Source: an archaeon (lineage in GTDB: Archaea > SpSt-1190 > DYHY01). Taken from it: a stretch of 64,000 bases of DNA. The DNA lies in contig JBBIPP010000004.1 of assembly GCA_037442745.1 (NCBI GenBank), forward strand, positions 1-64,000, written 5' to 3'. Each line of letters starts with the position of its first letter. Positions within the stretch are counted from its first letter, which is position 1. Shown piece after piece: positions 9,973-20,279 of this stretch. The position numbers and the translations under genes were made by a program. The notes beneath the pieces were generated by a model. That model did no database searches, was not told the origin of the DNA, and saw only the letters and a program-made list of their open reading frames with translations.

Positions 9973-11556
9973 TCAAATAGGCCCAATCCCTTCCCTCTTC
10001 TCAGTCGCAATCTCCGCTCTCAGGCGCCCGAGCTCCTCCTCCGTGTAGTTGCAAACAATATATTTCGACAAAAGCGGATATTTCTTCCTAGTTTCCTCAA
10101 AGATTCGATATGCTATTTTCCTGTAGGACTCGTGGGCAAGGGGAGTGGTCCTTGTCTTGACGAAATGGTGTATTTCCCTGAGATTCATTGTAATTAGGAA
10201 TCGCCTTCTGTATCCTAGTGGGACTAGATACTGCGCCTGAATGGGAAGTTTTTCTCGCACAATGTCAAAGACCCGCTTTGCCTCATCCATTGCTGCCTTG
10301 TATTTTTCCCCGTAGCCTGACGCAATTATGTCCTCCGGAACATCATAGCCAAGATCAGTTGTGAAGGGAGGGATTGTCTGTGTTGCCATCCGGTGTCTCT
10401 GGAGATCCCGGAAAGCTCCATAGTCAATGACAATTTCAAAAGTCATCTGAACGTGCTCTAGCTCCCTTTGGGGATAGTCGAATTTCCCCATTTTCCCGAG
10501 ATATTTGGCAAATAGCTCCTCCCGCGCATCTGGAGACATCTCCCTTGCCATATTTTCAGCATCCTTGAAAGGGATGTTGCCGAATCTGTATATTATTGAT
10601 GCGAGGACGAGTTCTTCGGCGTGCGCATTCTCCGGACCGCTGACAAGGAGCACGCTTTTTTTGCAAATTCCGGGATTTTGCGAAACTCCGTTTGCAATCA
10701 TCCGGGAATTAGTTTCAAAAAGATATTTGTTCTTCTCGGCAAAGCGAAGAAGTGACGGAAGGAGTTTTTCAGCCTCCCTTTTAGTCTCTTCCCCAATCTC
10801 GTTCAGTTCTGCGAGCGGGCTTGAAAGGAGCTTTTCGATTGCGTGCGCGAGGGCTCTTGCGTTTATTGTCCAGCCGAGGCTGGTTTTCGTTGCAGTCGGG
10901 AGTAGATATCTTATTGCGTCAAACCTCCGGGCGGCGCACGCCCGTTCCCAGGCCGGTTTGTTGTCCCCTTCCTTGAAAGGGACTTGTTTTTTGACATACT
11001 CAAGGACGGGCCCTTCCAGCTCCTTGTATGTCCCAATCAGGAGGTCGAGGAGACCTTTTACTTCGTGGAAGAATTCGGATTCTTCGAGCTTTGGGTCGAT
11101 GTAAAATGAGCTCCCGTCAAACGACACATATCTCGTTGATTTTTCAATATATGATGCCAGTCGGTTGTCCTCAATTGTCTTTGTTGCGAGAATGCTCACT
11201 CCCTCCAAGCCGAGACCAACTGTCGCCCCTTCGGCAACGGAAGCGTGGCCATATCCAAGGACCCATTTTTCCATGAACTGTATTGCCTTGTCAATTGCGG
11301 CTTTTGATCGGATTCCCCCGTCGTTCTTTTCGATTTCGGAGAGGAGATTTTTGAAGTTTTCAGGGTTCTCTTTTAGGAGGGACAAGAAGCTTTCTCGAAG
11401 GCCCTCCTTTGCCCTAGAATATCTTGCCTGCATCAGAGCCCAGACTTCTGGATGCATGTTTTTCGCCCCGAAAATCCTGCCATCCCTGTTCGTGAAGAAA
11501 TAGTCAATTATTTTTCCGTCAGCCTCGTCCAAACCAAACCCCTGATTTTCAGCCAA
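9973..11556 (-). CDS. thyX: FAD-dependent thymidylate synthase, tandem two-domain form
   Basis: YGHASVAE, EKSTRYV, RYLLP in domain 1; RELEH, FRDLQRHR, MNLRE in domain 2; cotranscribed with glyA. Confidence 0.9.
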   Translation of the reverse strand: MAENQGFGLDEADGKIIDYFFTNRDGRIFGAKNMHPEVWALMQARYSRAKEGLRESFLSLLKENPENFKNLLSEIEKNDGGIRSKAAIDKAIQFMEKWVLGYGHASVAEGATVGLGLEGVSILATKTIEDNRLASYIEKSTRYVSFDGSSFYIDPKLEESEFFHEVKGLLDLLIGTYKELEGPVLEYVKKQVPFKEGDNKPAWERACAARRFDAIRYLLPTATKTSLGWTINARALAHAIEKLLSSPLAELNEIGEETKREAEKLLPSLLRFAEKNKYLFETNSRMIANGVSQNPGICKKSVLLVSGPENAHAEELVLASIIYRFGNIPFKDAENMAREMSPDAREELFAKYLGKMGKFDYPQRELEHVQMTFEIVIDYGAFRDLQRHRMATQTIPPFTTDLGYDVPEDIIASGYGEKYKAAMDEAKRVFDIVREKLPIQAQYLVPLGYRRRFLITMNLREIHHFVKTRTTPLAHESYRKIAYRIFEETRKKYPLLSKYIVCNYTEEELGRLRAEIATEKREGIGPI

Positions 11557-11621
11557 TTTCCAATACTAAATATGCTTTATGGAACTTTTGTTGAATAAGT
11601 TTTCAAAATAACCATTGAGAA

Positions 11622-12184
11622 ATGGTTTCTCCTAGGATATTCTGGCAAATATTCGGCATTAAGGTTGTAGACAACCAACTATTTGGAGAAAAACGAGCGT
11701 TGAATTGCAATGTGGCTCTCCAATTTTGACAATCTGGCAGTTGCGCCGGCCGCGGAATATTCTACCTACCAATTCACAAGTAATCCAGTCAAGATTGCGA
11801 CAGCCACAAGGGCGGCAACCATTGCTTTGGACCTGCTAGCCTCCAAATTTGTCTACGAGGGATCAATTTACCTTATTCGCAAAATCCGAATGGTTCCTTG
11901 TGACAAAATGGAGCTCCCGAAAAACTACCTGAAATACCGGGCGGGCAATTTCCTTGAGCCTCTTCAGGAAGAGTGTCTGAACAGGAATGTTAATTGATGC
12001 CGGAGTTTCACAGCAAGTCTCGGCCAGAGCAGTCGAAGCGGCGAGCAAGTTCATTGTCCTGCCACGGCTAAATTACAAAGAATACTGGTTTTTGGAAAAG
12101 GCTGGAGACAAATTCGGAATGCACGTCAATTTGGGAGGGCATTCTCATGCGCACGGCAACAACTCTTCCGACCGCGAATATTGA
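11622..12184 (+). pseudogene. Fragmented hypothetical protein (three overlapping short ORFs)
   Basis: Consecutive short ORFs in shifted frames (from 11622, 11710..11997, 11987..12184); no recognisable motif. Confidence 0.3.
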
Positions 12185-12199
12185 AGAACCCGGCGAGAG

Positions 12200-12820
12200 T
12201 CAGCCGAAATCCTCAAGTGGGCCTTTCAATTTGCCTATTTCCGAAGCCCACGCATCTTTTCTTTCCCTAACTACTAGATTGCCGAAAACGCAATTTTTCC
12301 CAATCCGAACCCTTTCGCGCAGAACCCCTTCGAATTCAATATTGTTTCTGTCAGTCCAGACAAGACAGACTCCGGTGTCAATGTCGCCAGCTCTTTTCAG
12401 GCTTGCGAGATAGCGTTCTGCCGATTCGTTTGACGAGAACCGGCCAAGCTCTAAGAACAGGTTGGAATAGGAATAGCTCTCGTTCGACTGCCCCGGGGTT
12501 TCGCTATAGGATAGCACTACTGCCGCCCCGTCAAGGAAGCTCGAGTTGTGGGGTTCTCCCCCGAGGAACGGGGCGTAAAGAGGGCCTTCCTCCGGATATT
12601 CTTCCTTTTGGCCAATTATCACAAGCCGGCTCTCCCTTGTCCAGTTGGCTGTCGCGTTCCTTGCAAAGTAGGCAATTAGCTTGTCTGAGCTCTGCGGGAA
12701 AAAAAGCGCCTCCCGTGTTTTTTGGGAGTTGTTAATGTCTCCATAAGGAATCCCCACCCCCTTTTCAGAAACACATCCAGAGAGGAGAATTGCGAGAATG
12801 AAAATTGCCGGAATTTTCAT
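12200..12820 (-). CDS. Putative lipoprotein
   Basis: MKIPAIFILAILLSGC lipobox-like signal peptide. Confidence 0.65.
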   Translation of the reverse strand: MKIPAIFILAILLSGCVSEKGVGIPYGDINNSQKTREALFFPQSSDKLIAYFARNATANWTRESRLVIIGQKEEYPEEGPLYAPFLGGEPHNSSFLDGAAVVLSYSETPGQSNESYSYSNLFLELGRFSSNESAERYLASLKRAGDIDTGVCLVWTDRNNIEFEGVLRERVRIGKNCVFGNLVVRERKDAWASEIGKLKGPLEDFG

Positions 12821-12937
12821 GTCAATTCGGAATTGCAACTGAACCGGGTTTTATTTCTTTTCACAGCGGAAACTAAACCCCTTTTCCGGGGCTATCTTCC
12901 GGAAACTTATTTAAGGCGTTTTCAAATCCGCCTTCCA

Positions 12938-13674
12938 ATGGCAGATGTTAGGGACAGAATTTTCATTTTAATTGCCGGGCCGAAGGGCGCGGGAAAGGGA
13001 ACTTTTCGACTGGGGATATTTTCAGGAGAAATGTTGCTGAAAAGACAGAGCTAGGGAAGCTTGCCAACGCGTATATGACCGGGAAGATTGGCCGAAGCAC
13101 CCTTGTTCTTACTGATGTCACAACCCGGATGCTTCTTGAAAATCTGAGAAAGCCCGAATATTCAAACGGCGCGATAATTGACGGCTTTCCAAGAGAGCCG
13201 GGCCAGACGACCGCCCTTTTCGGCCTTCTTGAAGAAGGGAAACTGCCAAACATAAACGCAGTTGTCTTTCTCGACACTGCAATAAACTCTGATCTTTCCG
13301 GAAACTATTCAATATTTACTGCAAGCCCCGGAAAAGGGGAGGTAAGACTGCCGGAGGAATATGCGGATGTTGCGAACAGGATTTTCGCAAGGAGGACCTG
13401 CTCTAACAGTGCGCACGTCTATGTCATCGCAAACCCGGTTCCGGAGAACGGAAAATGCTCAATTGACGGGGCGGAACTCTTCGTTAGAAAGGAAGACGCC
13501 CACGAAACTCTTGCAAGGCGCCTTAACGAATATGCCGAAAAGACCCGGCCAGCAATAAGGGCGCTCAAGGCAAAAATGCCGGAAAAGTTCGTTGAAGTGA
13601 ATCCGTTCCAGTCGCCTGATGAAGTATATTCCCGGGTTGAAGCTGGCCTCGACAGGATACTTGCCCGATACTAG
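12938..13674 (+). pseudogene. adk: Adenylate kinase (bacterial-type, LID domain) with internal deletion and frameshift
   Basis: P-loop GPKGAGKGT joins out of frame at ~13005 to STGDIFR..ELGK, followed by DGFPR, RRTC and RKEDAHETLARRL..Y...T. Confidence 0.85.
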
Positions 13675-14513
13675 CGCCCGGAAATCCTAGCCAGTTCGTC
13701 AATCAAAAGGCTTGTTTCCCTCTCACTAGAACCCCACGGATGCCAGTCCCGGAAATACTCCCCGTGCATTTCAAGAAAGCCAATTGCTCTTGCTGGGTTT
13801 CCCTCGCCAGAGCGCATCATTGAAAGGACGTCTCGTGCAATTCCCTTGACGAATTCCGGTCCGTGCCTTTTGGAATAGCGTAGCGTGTAGTATGTTGCCT
13901 GGGCGCTCTCGAAATCGGGGTCAAGAAGCCTCTCATCGAAATCGAAGAAGAGGGCGCCTTTTCCAGGTAAAATGAACTCGTTTGGGCCCCACCTGTCCCC
14001 GAGCACTGCGCCCTTGGAATGCGCGAGTCCGATTTTCCCGAGGAACTCTTTGGCCGAAACCAGAGCCTCTTCCCACGTTCCTGAGGAGAGGATGTCTTGG
14101 TAGATTGCCGACTTGCAATTGACGAACGGATATAGGAGAGAAGAGTTGCCGTCTCCTGAAATCGGGACAAGGACAGGAATTCCTCTGCTCTCCAATTCCA
14201 GCGCCTTTTCTCCCTGCTCTTCCAAGGAATAAAAGCCCCATGCCCCGCCCGACAGCCCAAGAATTCCGAACTCCTTTTCGACATATTCCTTGCCCTGCCT
14301 AGTCTCTTCTGCCATTTTCGGGATTCTGAGCACAACTCTTTCCCCGGAGGGTTTTTCCATTACATAGTTCCTGTTGAACCATCCAGACATTTCCCCGGCC
14401 AGTGTCGTTCCTTTGGGCAGGACGCCTTTTGAGAAATACGGTTCAGCTTCCAGAGGCAGAGGATTATATGCCATTTTTTCGGGAAAACTTTCGGATGCAG
14501 GCGGACTTTTCAA
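13671..14513 (-). CDS. Protein-kinase-like / phosphotransferase fold hypothetical protein
   Basis: VVLRIP, H.KG.VLGDRWGPN (catalytic-loop-like) and FFDFD (DFG-like). Confidence 0.6.
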   Translation of the reverse strand: MKSPPASESFPEKMAYNPLPLEAEPYFSKGVLPKGTTLAGEMSGWFNRNYVMEKPSGERVVLRIPKMAEETRQGKEYVEKEFGILGLSGGAWGFYSLEEQGEKALELESRGIPVLVPISGDGNSSLLYPFVNCKSAIYQDILSSGTWEEALVSAKEFLGKIGLAHSKGAVLGDRWGPNEFILPGKGALFFDFDERLLDPDFESAQATYYTLRYSKRHGPEFVKGIARDVLSMMRSGEGNPARAIGFLEMHGEYFRDWHPWGSSERETSLLIDELARISGR

Positions 14514-14963
14514 GGTTTTGCACCATTTGGTTCAGAAAAAAGTCCCTTGTGTTCCAAGGGAAACATCCACTTTCCCGGGAGAGGGAGAGCTTTTCCTTTG
14601 CCCAGTAGCCCAAATTTGCGCATTTTTCCGGTCAATTATAAAATAAACAATTTCCCCGAAGAATATTGTCGGGAGCAAGGCTGGCAGGGGGCTTTTATTT
14701 CAGGATTCTTTGGCCACAATCAACTGGCGGAGACGCTTAGCTGGCTCTTGCAACTTATATGGAAATTGTCGAGAAAAGAACAGAGAGAATTGGCCCGGAG
14801 CCAATTGTTAACGACTTGTCCGGACTCTCGGATGCGGTGAAGCGGAAAATATACGACGACAGGGCAGTGAAACAGCAATATTGGGAATATCGCGCATTTT
14901 TCCAAATAGCGCTTCAGAAAACAATAATTATCCCCCAATTCGACCAATTCCAAGGAAAACCCA

Positions 14964-15725
14964 ATGGACCTGATCTCAAGGATGCTGATATCTCCATTGG
15001 CAAAATTCTTATTCAGGATTAAGCACAAGGGCCTAGAAGCCCTCCCAAAGGACGAGAATTTCATTTTCGCAATGAACCACCAGAGCGCTCTTGAGATAAT
15101 TGCAATGCCAGTAATTACAATGCGCTCAAGGGACAGAAAGCTCTCAATACTGATTGAGAAGAAGGCTTACGACAATCCGATAGTCGGTATATGGCTTCGC
15201 ATGCTCGACTCAATCAGAGTAGACCGCTCGCCTGAAGGTGACAGGACAGCCATCTTAAATGAGGCTGCCTCGCGCCTTGCAAAGGGAAACGACATTTTGA
15301 TTTTCCCGGAAGGGGACGTGTTCGGAGGGGATATTGGGAAAATCCAGAGGGCAAAGACGGGGGCCGTTCGCCTGGCAATCCTCTCAAAGAAGAAAATCGT
15401 CCCTGTAGGAATTGCCGGAAGCTATCGCGCCTGGAAGTTTCCTGTTGCAGTCTCCCAGAAAATGGGATATGGAACAGGTGTCGAGAAAGTAAGGTACCAG
15501 CCAAAGTTCCCGAAAATACCCGTATTGAGTTTTGTCATAAATTTCTTCGAGGGTGACCGAAGGCGGGTTGTCCGGATAAGATTCGGGAAACCAATCGATC
15601 TCTCGAAAGTTCGGCTCAACCTTGAGAAGAGGACTGAGAGAACAAGACGAACTCTTCGGAAGTTTACGAACAACTTGATGAGGCGGGTCGCCAGCCTTTC
15701 CGGTGCAAAGTATTTCGCGAGATGA
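14964..15725 (+). CDS. Lysophospholipid acyltransferase (PlsC family)
   Basis: NHQSALE (HX4D variant), IRVDR, IFPEG, KTGAVRLA, IVPVGI, IRFGKPI; may extend upstream to 14759 through a frameshift in a C-run. Confidence 0.85.
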   Translation: MDLISRMLISPLAKFLFRIKHKGLEALPKDENFIFAMNHQSALEIIAMPVITMRSRDRKLSILIEKKAYDNPIVGIWLRMLDSIRVDRSPEGDRTAILNEAASRLAKGNDILIFPEGDVFGGDIGKIQRAKTGAVRLAILSKKKIVPVGIAGSYRAWKFPVAVSQKMGYGTGVEKVRYQPKFPKIPVLSFVINFFEGDRRRVVRIRFGKPIDLSKVRLNLEKRTERTRRTLRKFTNNLMRRVASLSGAKYFAR

Positions 15726-15878
15726 TTTTTCAGAAGCTCATCGATTTTCGGCCAAATTGCTCTAGGAAAACATCCCCGGGCCTGCGAAAAGAAAATTGGT
15801 TCGAGTGGGGCGAGAGGCCTAGACCGCAGTCGAAGTCTCTTGCACCTCCTTCCTTGATTTTTTCGGAATAAAATGAGC

Positions 15879-15955
15879 TGGTGGGGCGAGAGGGATTTGA
15901 ACCCCCGACCTCCAACCCCCGAAGCTGGCATCATACCAAGCTAGACCATCGCCCC
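15879..15955 (-). tRNA. tRNA-Pro(CGG), CCA encoded
   Basis: GGGGCGATGGTCTAGCTTGG..., anticodon loop TTCGGGG, GGTTCAAATCC, CGCCCCACCA. Confidence 0.95.
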
Positions 15956-16046
15956 GTGTGAAGAGAAAGGGGTTGTTCCTCCATGTCCGTTTTTCGTCTT
16001 TAAAAAAGAAACCTTAATAAGCAATTTGTCCGGAAAATCCAATGAA

Positions 16047-16109
16047 ATGATGGCAGGTGAAGGCTGATTGGCAAATTCGCCAGTTGGCTTTGAAACACGC
16101 AGGTTCTGA
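16047..16109 (+). ncRNA. Candidate box C/D guide sRNA
   Basis: ATGATGG (C-like), 10 nt, CTGA (D'), hairpin spacer, TTGAAA (C'-like), 10 nt, CTGA (D); lies in the intergenic region before thrS. Confidence 0.4.
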
Positions 16110-16220
16110 GATACCTAGCCTTTGTTCTAATGGAGGAAATCGGTTTTGAATGGAAAAAAGAGAATCAGGAAGATTGCCGGGAAAAGCGTTTTATAGCTGG
16201 TTTTTCGGGAAGCCCCAGAA

Positions 16221-18134
16221 ATGGTGAAAATAACTTTTCCAGACGGGAATCAAAAGGAGTTCCCTGAAGGGATAACTGCCAAGGATGTCGCGAAATCGAT
16301 TTCCGAGGACCTTATGCGCGAATCCCTTGTTGCCAAGGTAAACGGTAAACTTGTCGATCTCTCCTCAAAAATTGATGCAGACTCGACATTTCAACTCTTC
16401 AAGTTCGATTCTCCAGAGGGAAAATCTGTCTATTGGCACTCTTCCGCCCACATTCTTGCGGCAGCAGTAAGGCGTCTTTTCCCGAAAGCCAAGTTCGCAA
16501 TAGGTCCCCCAATTGACGAGGGCTTCTATTACGATTTCGATGTCGAGCGCCCATTCACCCCAGAGGACCTCGGGAAAATAGAGGCGGAAATGAAGAAACT
16601 CGTTGCCGATGATTTGCCTTTCAATAGGTGGTCTGTTACGAAAGAAAAGGCACTTGAACTTGCTGCGGGAGAGATCTACAAGGAGGAAATGATTGGAGAG
16701 CTTCCTGAGGGGGAGGAAATAACTTTCTATGAAATCGGGAACGCGGTTTTCATGGATCTCTGCCGGGGTCCCCACGTTCCGTCAACCGGCAAAATAAAAG
16801 CGTTCACGCTGACTCTCACTTCAGGCGCATACTGGCGCGGGGATTCATCGAAGAGAATGCTCCAGCGAATCTATGGCGTCTCCTACCCCGAGAAGAAAAT
16901 GCTTGACAACTATCTATGGAGAATTGAGGAGGCGAAGAAGCGCGACCACAGGAAGCTAGGAAAAGAGCTCGAATTATTCACCTTCTCGGAATTCGCTCCC
17001 GGAATGAGCTTTTGGCTCCCAAATGGGACGATTCTCAGAAACTGCCTACTTGACTACTGGCGGGAGGAGCACAGAAAGCTCGGATACAATGAAATAATAA
17101 CTCCAATAGTTTTGAACAAGGACCTCTGGGTCGCTTCCGGCCACTGGGAGAATTACCGGGAGAATATGTACACACTGAAAATAGACGATATTGAGCAGGC
17201 AATCAAGCCAATGAATTGCCCCGGGGGAATTATTGTCTACCGGGAAAGGAGCCATTCCTACAAGGAGTTCCCAATGAAAATGGGGGAAATCGGCCTTGTC
17301 CACAGGCACGAGATCTCGGGCGCTCTCTCGGGCCTATTCCGCGTCCGCTACTTCAACCAGGACGATGCCCACATTTTCATGAGAATTGACCAGCTGAAAG
17401 ACCAGATAAAGGAAGTGATGTCCCTGGCAGACCGCGTTTACAAAAAGTTCGGATTCGACTATTCGGTCGTTGTCTCGACACGGCCAGAAAAGTCGATGGG
17501 CGCCGAAGAGCTCTGGGAGAAATCAACAACTGCCCTGAAGGAAGCCCTCGATGAAATGAAAATTCCCTACAAAATAAACGAGGGTGACGGAGCCTTCTAC
17601 GGGCCGAAAATCGACATCCGACTAAAGGATTCGTTGGGCCGGGAATGGCAGTGCGGGACAATCCAAGTTGACATGAACCTGCCAGAAAGGTTCAATTTGA
17701 CTTATGTTGATGAGGACGGCTCGAACACAAAGAGGCCTGTTATGATTCACAGGGTAGTGTACGGATCCCTTGAGCGGTTCATTGGCGTGCTTACCGAGCA
17801 TTTTGCGGGAGCGTTCCCTGTATGGCTCTCCCCAGAGCAGGCGAGAATTCTTCCAATTGCGGACAGGCACGCTCCTTTGGCTGAGGAAATATCCCGGAAG
17901 CTAGAGGCCCTGAAAATACGCACTTCCGTTGACAAGGACCAGTCGACTTTGGAATACAAAATCAGGGAGGCCCAGATTCAGAAAATCCCCTATATGCTTG
18001 TGATTGGCGACAAGGAGGCGGAGAGCGGGAAAATAACTGTTCGTACTAGGGACGGAAAAGTGAGAAACTCAGTTTCCCTTGAGGATTTTGAGAAAGAGGT
18101 CTTAGAAAAGGTGGCTTCAAGAAGCATTTCCTAG
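16221..18134 (+). CDS. thrS: Threonine--tRNA ligase (bacterial type, TGS and editing domains)
   Basis: HSSAH, DLCRGPHV, RDHRKLG, KPMNCP, QDDAHIF, GAFYGPKID, WQCGTIQ, MIHR. Confidence 0.98.
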   Translation: MVKITFPDGNQKEFPEGITAKDVAKSISEDLMRESLVAKVNGKLVDLSSKIDADSTFQLFKFDSPEGKSVYWHSSAHILAAAVRRLFPKAKFAIGPPIDEGFYYDFDVERPFTPEDLGKIEAEMKKLVADDLPFNRWSVTKEKALELAAGEIYKEEMIGELPEGEEITFYEIGNAVFMDLCRGPHVPSTGKIKAFTLTLTSGAYWRGDSSKRMLQRIYGVSYPEKKMLDNYLWRIEEAKKRDHRKLGKELELFTFSEFAPGMSFWLPNGTILRNCLLDYWREEHRKLGYNEIITPIVLNKDLWVASGHWENYRENMYTLKIDDIEQAIKPMNCPGGIIVYRERSHSYKEFPMKMGEIGLVHRHEISGALSGLFRVRYFNQDDAHIFMRIDQLKDQIKEVMSLADRVYKKFGFDYSVVVSTRPEKSMGAEELWEKSTTALKEALDEMKIPYKINEGDGAFYGPKIDIRLKDSLGREWQCGTIQVDMNLPERFNLTYVDEDGSNTKRPVMIHRVVYGSLERFIGVLTEHFAGAFPVWLSPEQARILPIADRHAPLAEEISRKLEALKIRTSVDKDQSTLEYKIREAQIQKIPYMLVIGDKEAESGKITVRTRDGKVRNSVSLEDFEKEVLEKVASRSIS

Positions 18135-18436
18135 TTTTCTTCCAACAAGGCAGAGTCCGGCCGAAAGGAATAGGGGCAGGCTGGCGATGGAGAAGCTTGC
18201 AATATTTTTACAAGCTCCGAAGAAGACTGCGATGAGAATCCACGGGAGAAAGAAGCTTGTTCCTTCATCGAGGGATTTTTCCGGGACAGAGCAAGGGCTC
18301 CGAGTATCAGAATTGATTGAACTGAATTGATGAGGAATATCAAATGGCTTTGGGAATCAAGCGCGAACACTTAAAGAAGGCCAGCATGGAAAATTGTTAT
18401 TGCCTTCCTAGGAAATGAAGAGCGTTTTCCTCTCAA

Positions 18437-18534
18437 TTACCAATAAACATCAACCTAGTCAACCACTGAGTTTCTAGACTCTTGACTTTCGGGAAATTGC
18501 CTTCCGAAAGCTACCAATATACTTCCACCTCGTC
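18437..18534. repeat. Degenerate duplicate of the kae1 3' end
   Basis: 18437-18460 matches 18511-18534 at 19/24 nt and reads D*VDVYW* versus DEVEVYW*. Confidence 0.55.
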
Positions 18535-19488
18535 AGCTCTTTGGTAGGGAAGAATTCCTGCAGCGTCCGGGGAAATCGTTCTCTTTCTCATAATGGCTCC
18601 GGTCACTGCAATCATTGCCCCGTTGTCCCCGGCATATTCCATTGGAACAATCCTGAATTTTGCGCCCCTCTCTTTGCACATTATTTCAAGCATTTCGGCG
18701 AGCCTTCTGTTGGCCGCGACTCCCCCAGTTATCAGGACCTCACCTTTTCCGGTGTGAGCAACCGCCCTCTCAGTTACCTCAACTAGCATTGCAAAGCAGT
18801 GCTCTTGGAATGAAAAGCAAATGTCCTCAAGCGAATATTTTCTCGATTTGGCGAGCCTTTTGCAGTTTGTCAAAAGGCCAGAGTAGGAGAGATCCATTCC
18901 CTTCACAACATAGGGAAGTTCTATCAATTTCCTGCCATTTTTGGCAAGGCGCTCGATTTCAGGCCCTCCTGGAAAAGGAAGATTTTGGTCCCTTGCGAAA
19001 ACATCCAAAGCGTTCCCTATCGGAATGTCCAAAGTCTCCCCGAAAACCCTGTATTTCCTTTCAGCGAGAGCAATAATTTGGGTGTTTCCGCCCGAAACAT
19101 AGAGAACGACCGGGTCCTTTGATTTCGTCGCCCATTTCCCTACCTCAATATGGGCTACCGGATGGTTGACTGGAATTATCGGCTTTCCAAGTCCTATTGA
19201 AAGCGCCCTTGTTATTGAAAGACCGACTCTCAGTGCAGGGGCAAGTCCCGGGCCCCTTGAATATGCAACATAGTCGATTTCCTTTGGAGAAACCTTCGAG
19301 AAAACCCTTCCCAAAATGTCCCCGCATTTTTGGGAATGATGGTCAGCAACATCCTTTGGAATCATTCCTGAACCCAAGGGAGGTATGAAGCCGTCCTTTT
19401 CATTCGAAAGAATTGAATTTTTCTCAGAGTCAAAGACAGCAATCCCTAGGGTGTGCGCAGTGCTTTCAACCCCGAGGATTTTCGCCAT
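18511..19488 (-). CDS. kae1: KEOPS t6A N6-threonylcarbamoyltransferase Kae1
   Basis: GVESTAHT, GPGL, VNHPVAHIE, YVSGGNTQ, GETLD, GGVAAN, DNGAMIA. Confidence 0.96.
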   Translation of the reverse strand: MAKILGVESTAHTLGIAVFDSEKNSILSNEKDGFIPPLGSGMIPKDVADHHSQKCGDILGRVFSKVSPKEIDYVAYSRGPGLAPALRVGLSITRALSIGLGKPIIPVNHPVAHIEVGKWATKSKDPVVLYVSGGNTQIIALAERKYRVFGETLDIPIGNALDVFARDQNLPFPGGPEIERLAKNGRKLIELPYVVKGMDLSYSGLLTNCKRLAKSRKYSLEDICFSFQEHCFAMLVEVTERAVAHTGKGEVLITGGVAANRRLAEMLEIMCKERGAKFRIVPMEYAGDNGAMIAVTGAIMRKRTISPDAAGILPYQRADEVEVYW

Positions 19489-19524
19489 TTCCGGGAATAC
19501 TTTTTGCAGGTTTTTAACAATTGT

Positions 19525-20274
19525 TCAGACTGAATGCGCTTTTTCAATTGCCCTTGCCAATTCCTGCTCGGGAATTCTCCCTGTCAATTCCTCCAAAAGA
19601 CTGCTTTCAAGCCCAATTGAGGAAATCTTCTCCTTTGCCTCTCTCTTGGAAATCCCTTTGACTCTGACTAGCGCCTCCCGGAGGGAGTTTTTCAGAGCCT
19701 TGTCTTTCTGGAAAAAGAGCTCCCTTGCAAGTTTATCCTTTTCTGAGGGAGCATCAGTTTTCCTAAAAGATAGAATCACTGTTCGTGTGTCCGGATGAGG
19801 GGAAAAAGCGCTTGCTGGAACCTCTTCCGTCTCTATTTCGGAATAGAATGCCTTGAAGAACACCCCTTCTTCAATTGTTTTCTTTGCGAAAGTCAGGGGG
19901 ACAATTATGGAGCCTCCGGAAATCCCGAGCCCAATTGCAATGGAAAAGATCGCCGGAAGGTAATCAAAGGGCGGGTTTGAAACAATTTTGTCGAACCTTT
20001 TCTCCGTTCTCCTAAGACTTTCCAGGGCATTTCCAAACAACATTTCCAAATTTTCCGGCTTGTCCATTTCAAGGACTCTCCTGAAACGCCCGTCAATTTC
20101 AAAGGCAGTCACAACTTTGGCCTTATCGCAGAGCCGCCTTGTTATTGTCCCGTTGCCTGCTCCGATTTCAAGAACAGACTCTTCTTTGTTTATTCCCGCT
20201 TTCCTTACTAGAAGCCTTGCTACCTCGCCATCAATTATCAGATGCTGGCCGAAAAGACCGGCCTTTTTGTCCAT
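19525..20274 (-). CDS. ksgA: 16S rRNA adenine dimethyltransferase KsgA/Dim1
   Basis: GQH, VLEIGAGNG, EID, VSNPPF, F.P.P. Confidence 0.85.
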   Translation of the reverse strand: MDKKAGLFGQHLIIDGEVARLLVRKAGINKEESVLEIGAGNGTITRRLCDKAKVVTAFEIDGRFRRVLEMDKPENLEMLFGNALESLRRTEKRFDKIVSNPPFDYLPAIFSIAIGLGISGGSIIVPLTFAKKTIEEGVFFKAFYSEIETEEVPASAFSPHPDTRTVILSFRKTDAPSEKDKLARELFFQKDKALKNSLREALVRVKGISKREAKEKISSIGLESSLLEELTGRIPEQELARAIEKAHSV

Positions 20275-20279
20275 TTAGG

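Noticed and set aside
15960-16220. T-box riboswitch upstream of bacterial-type thrS
   Set aside because: No T-box consensus or antiterminator is visible, and a TATA-like box lies just before the ATG
18131-18436. 79-aa ORF downstream of kae1
   Set aside because: No credible start or motif; probably decayed filler next to the kae1 echo
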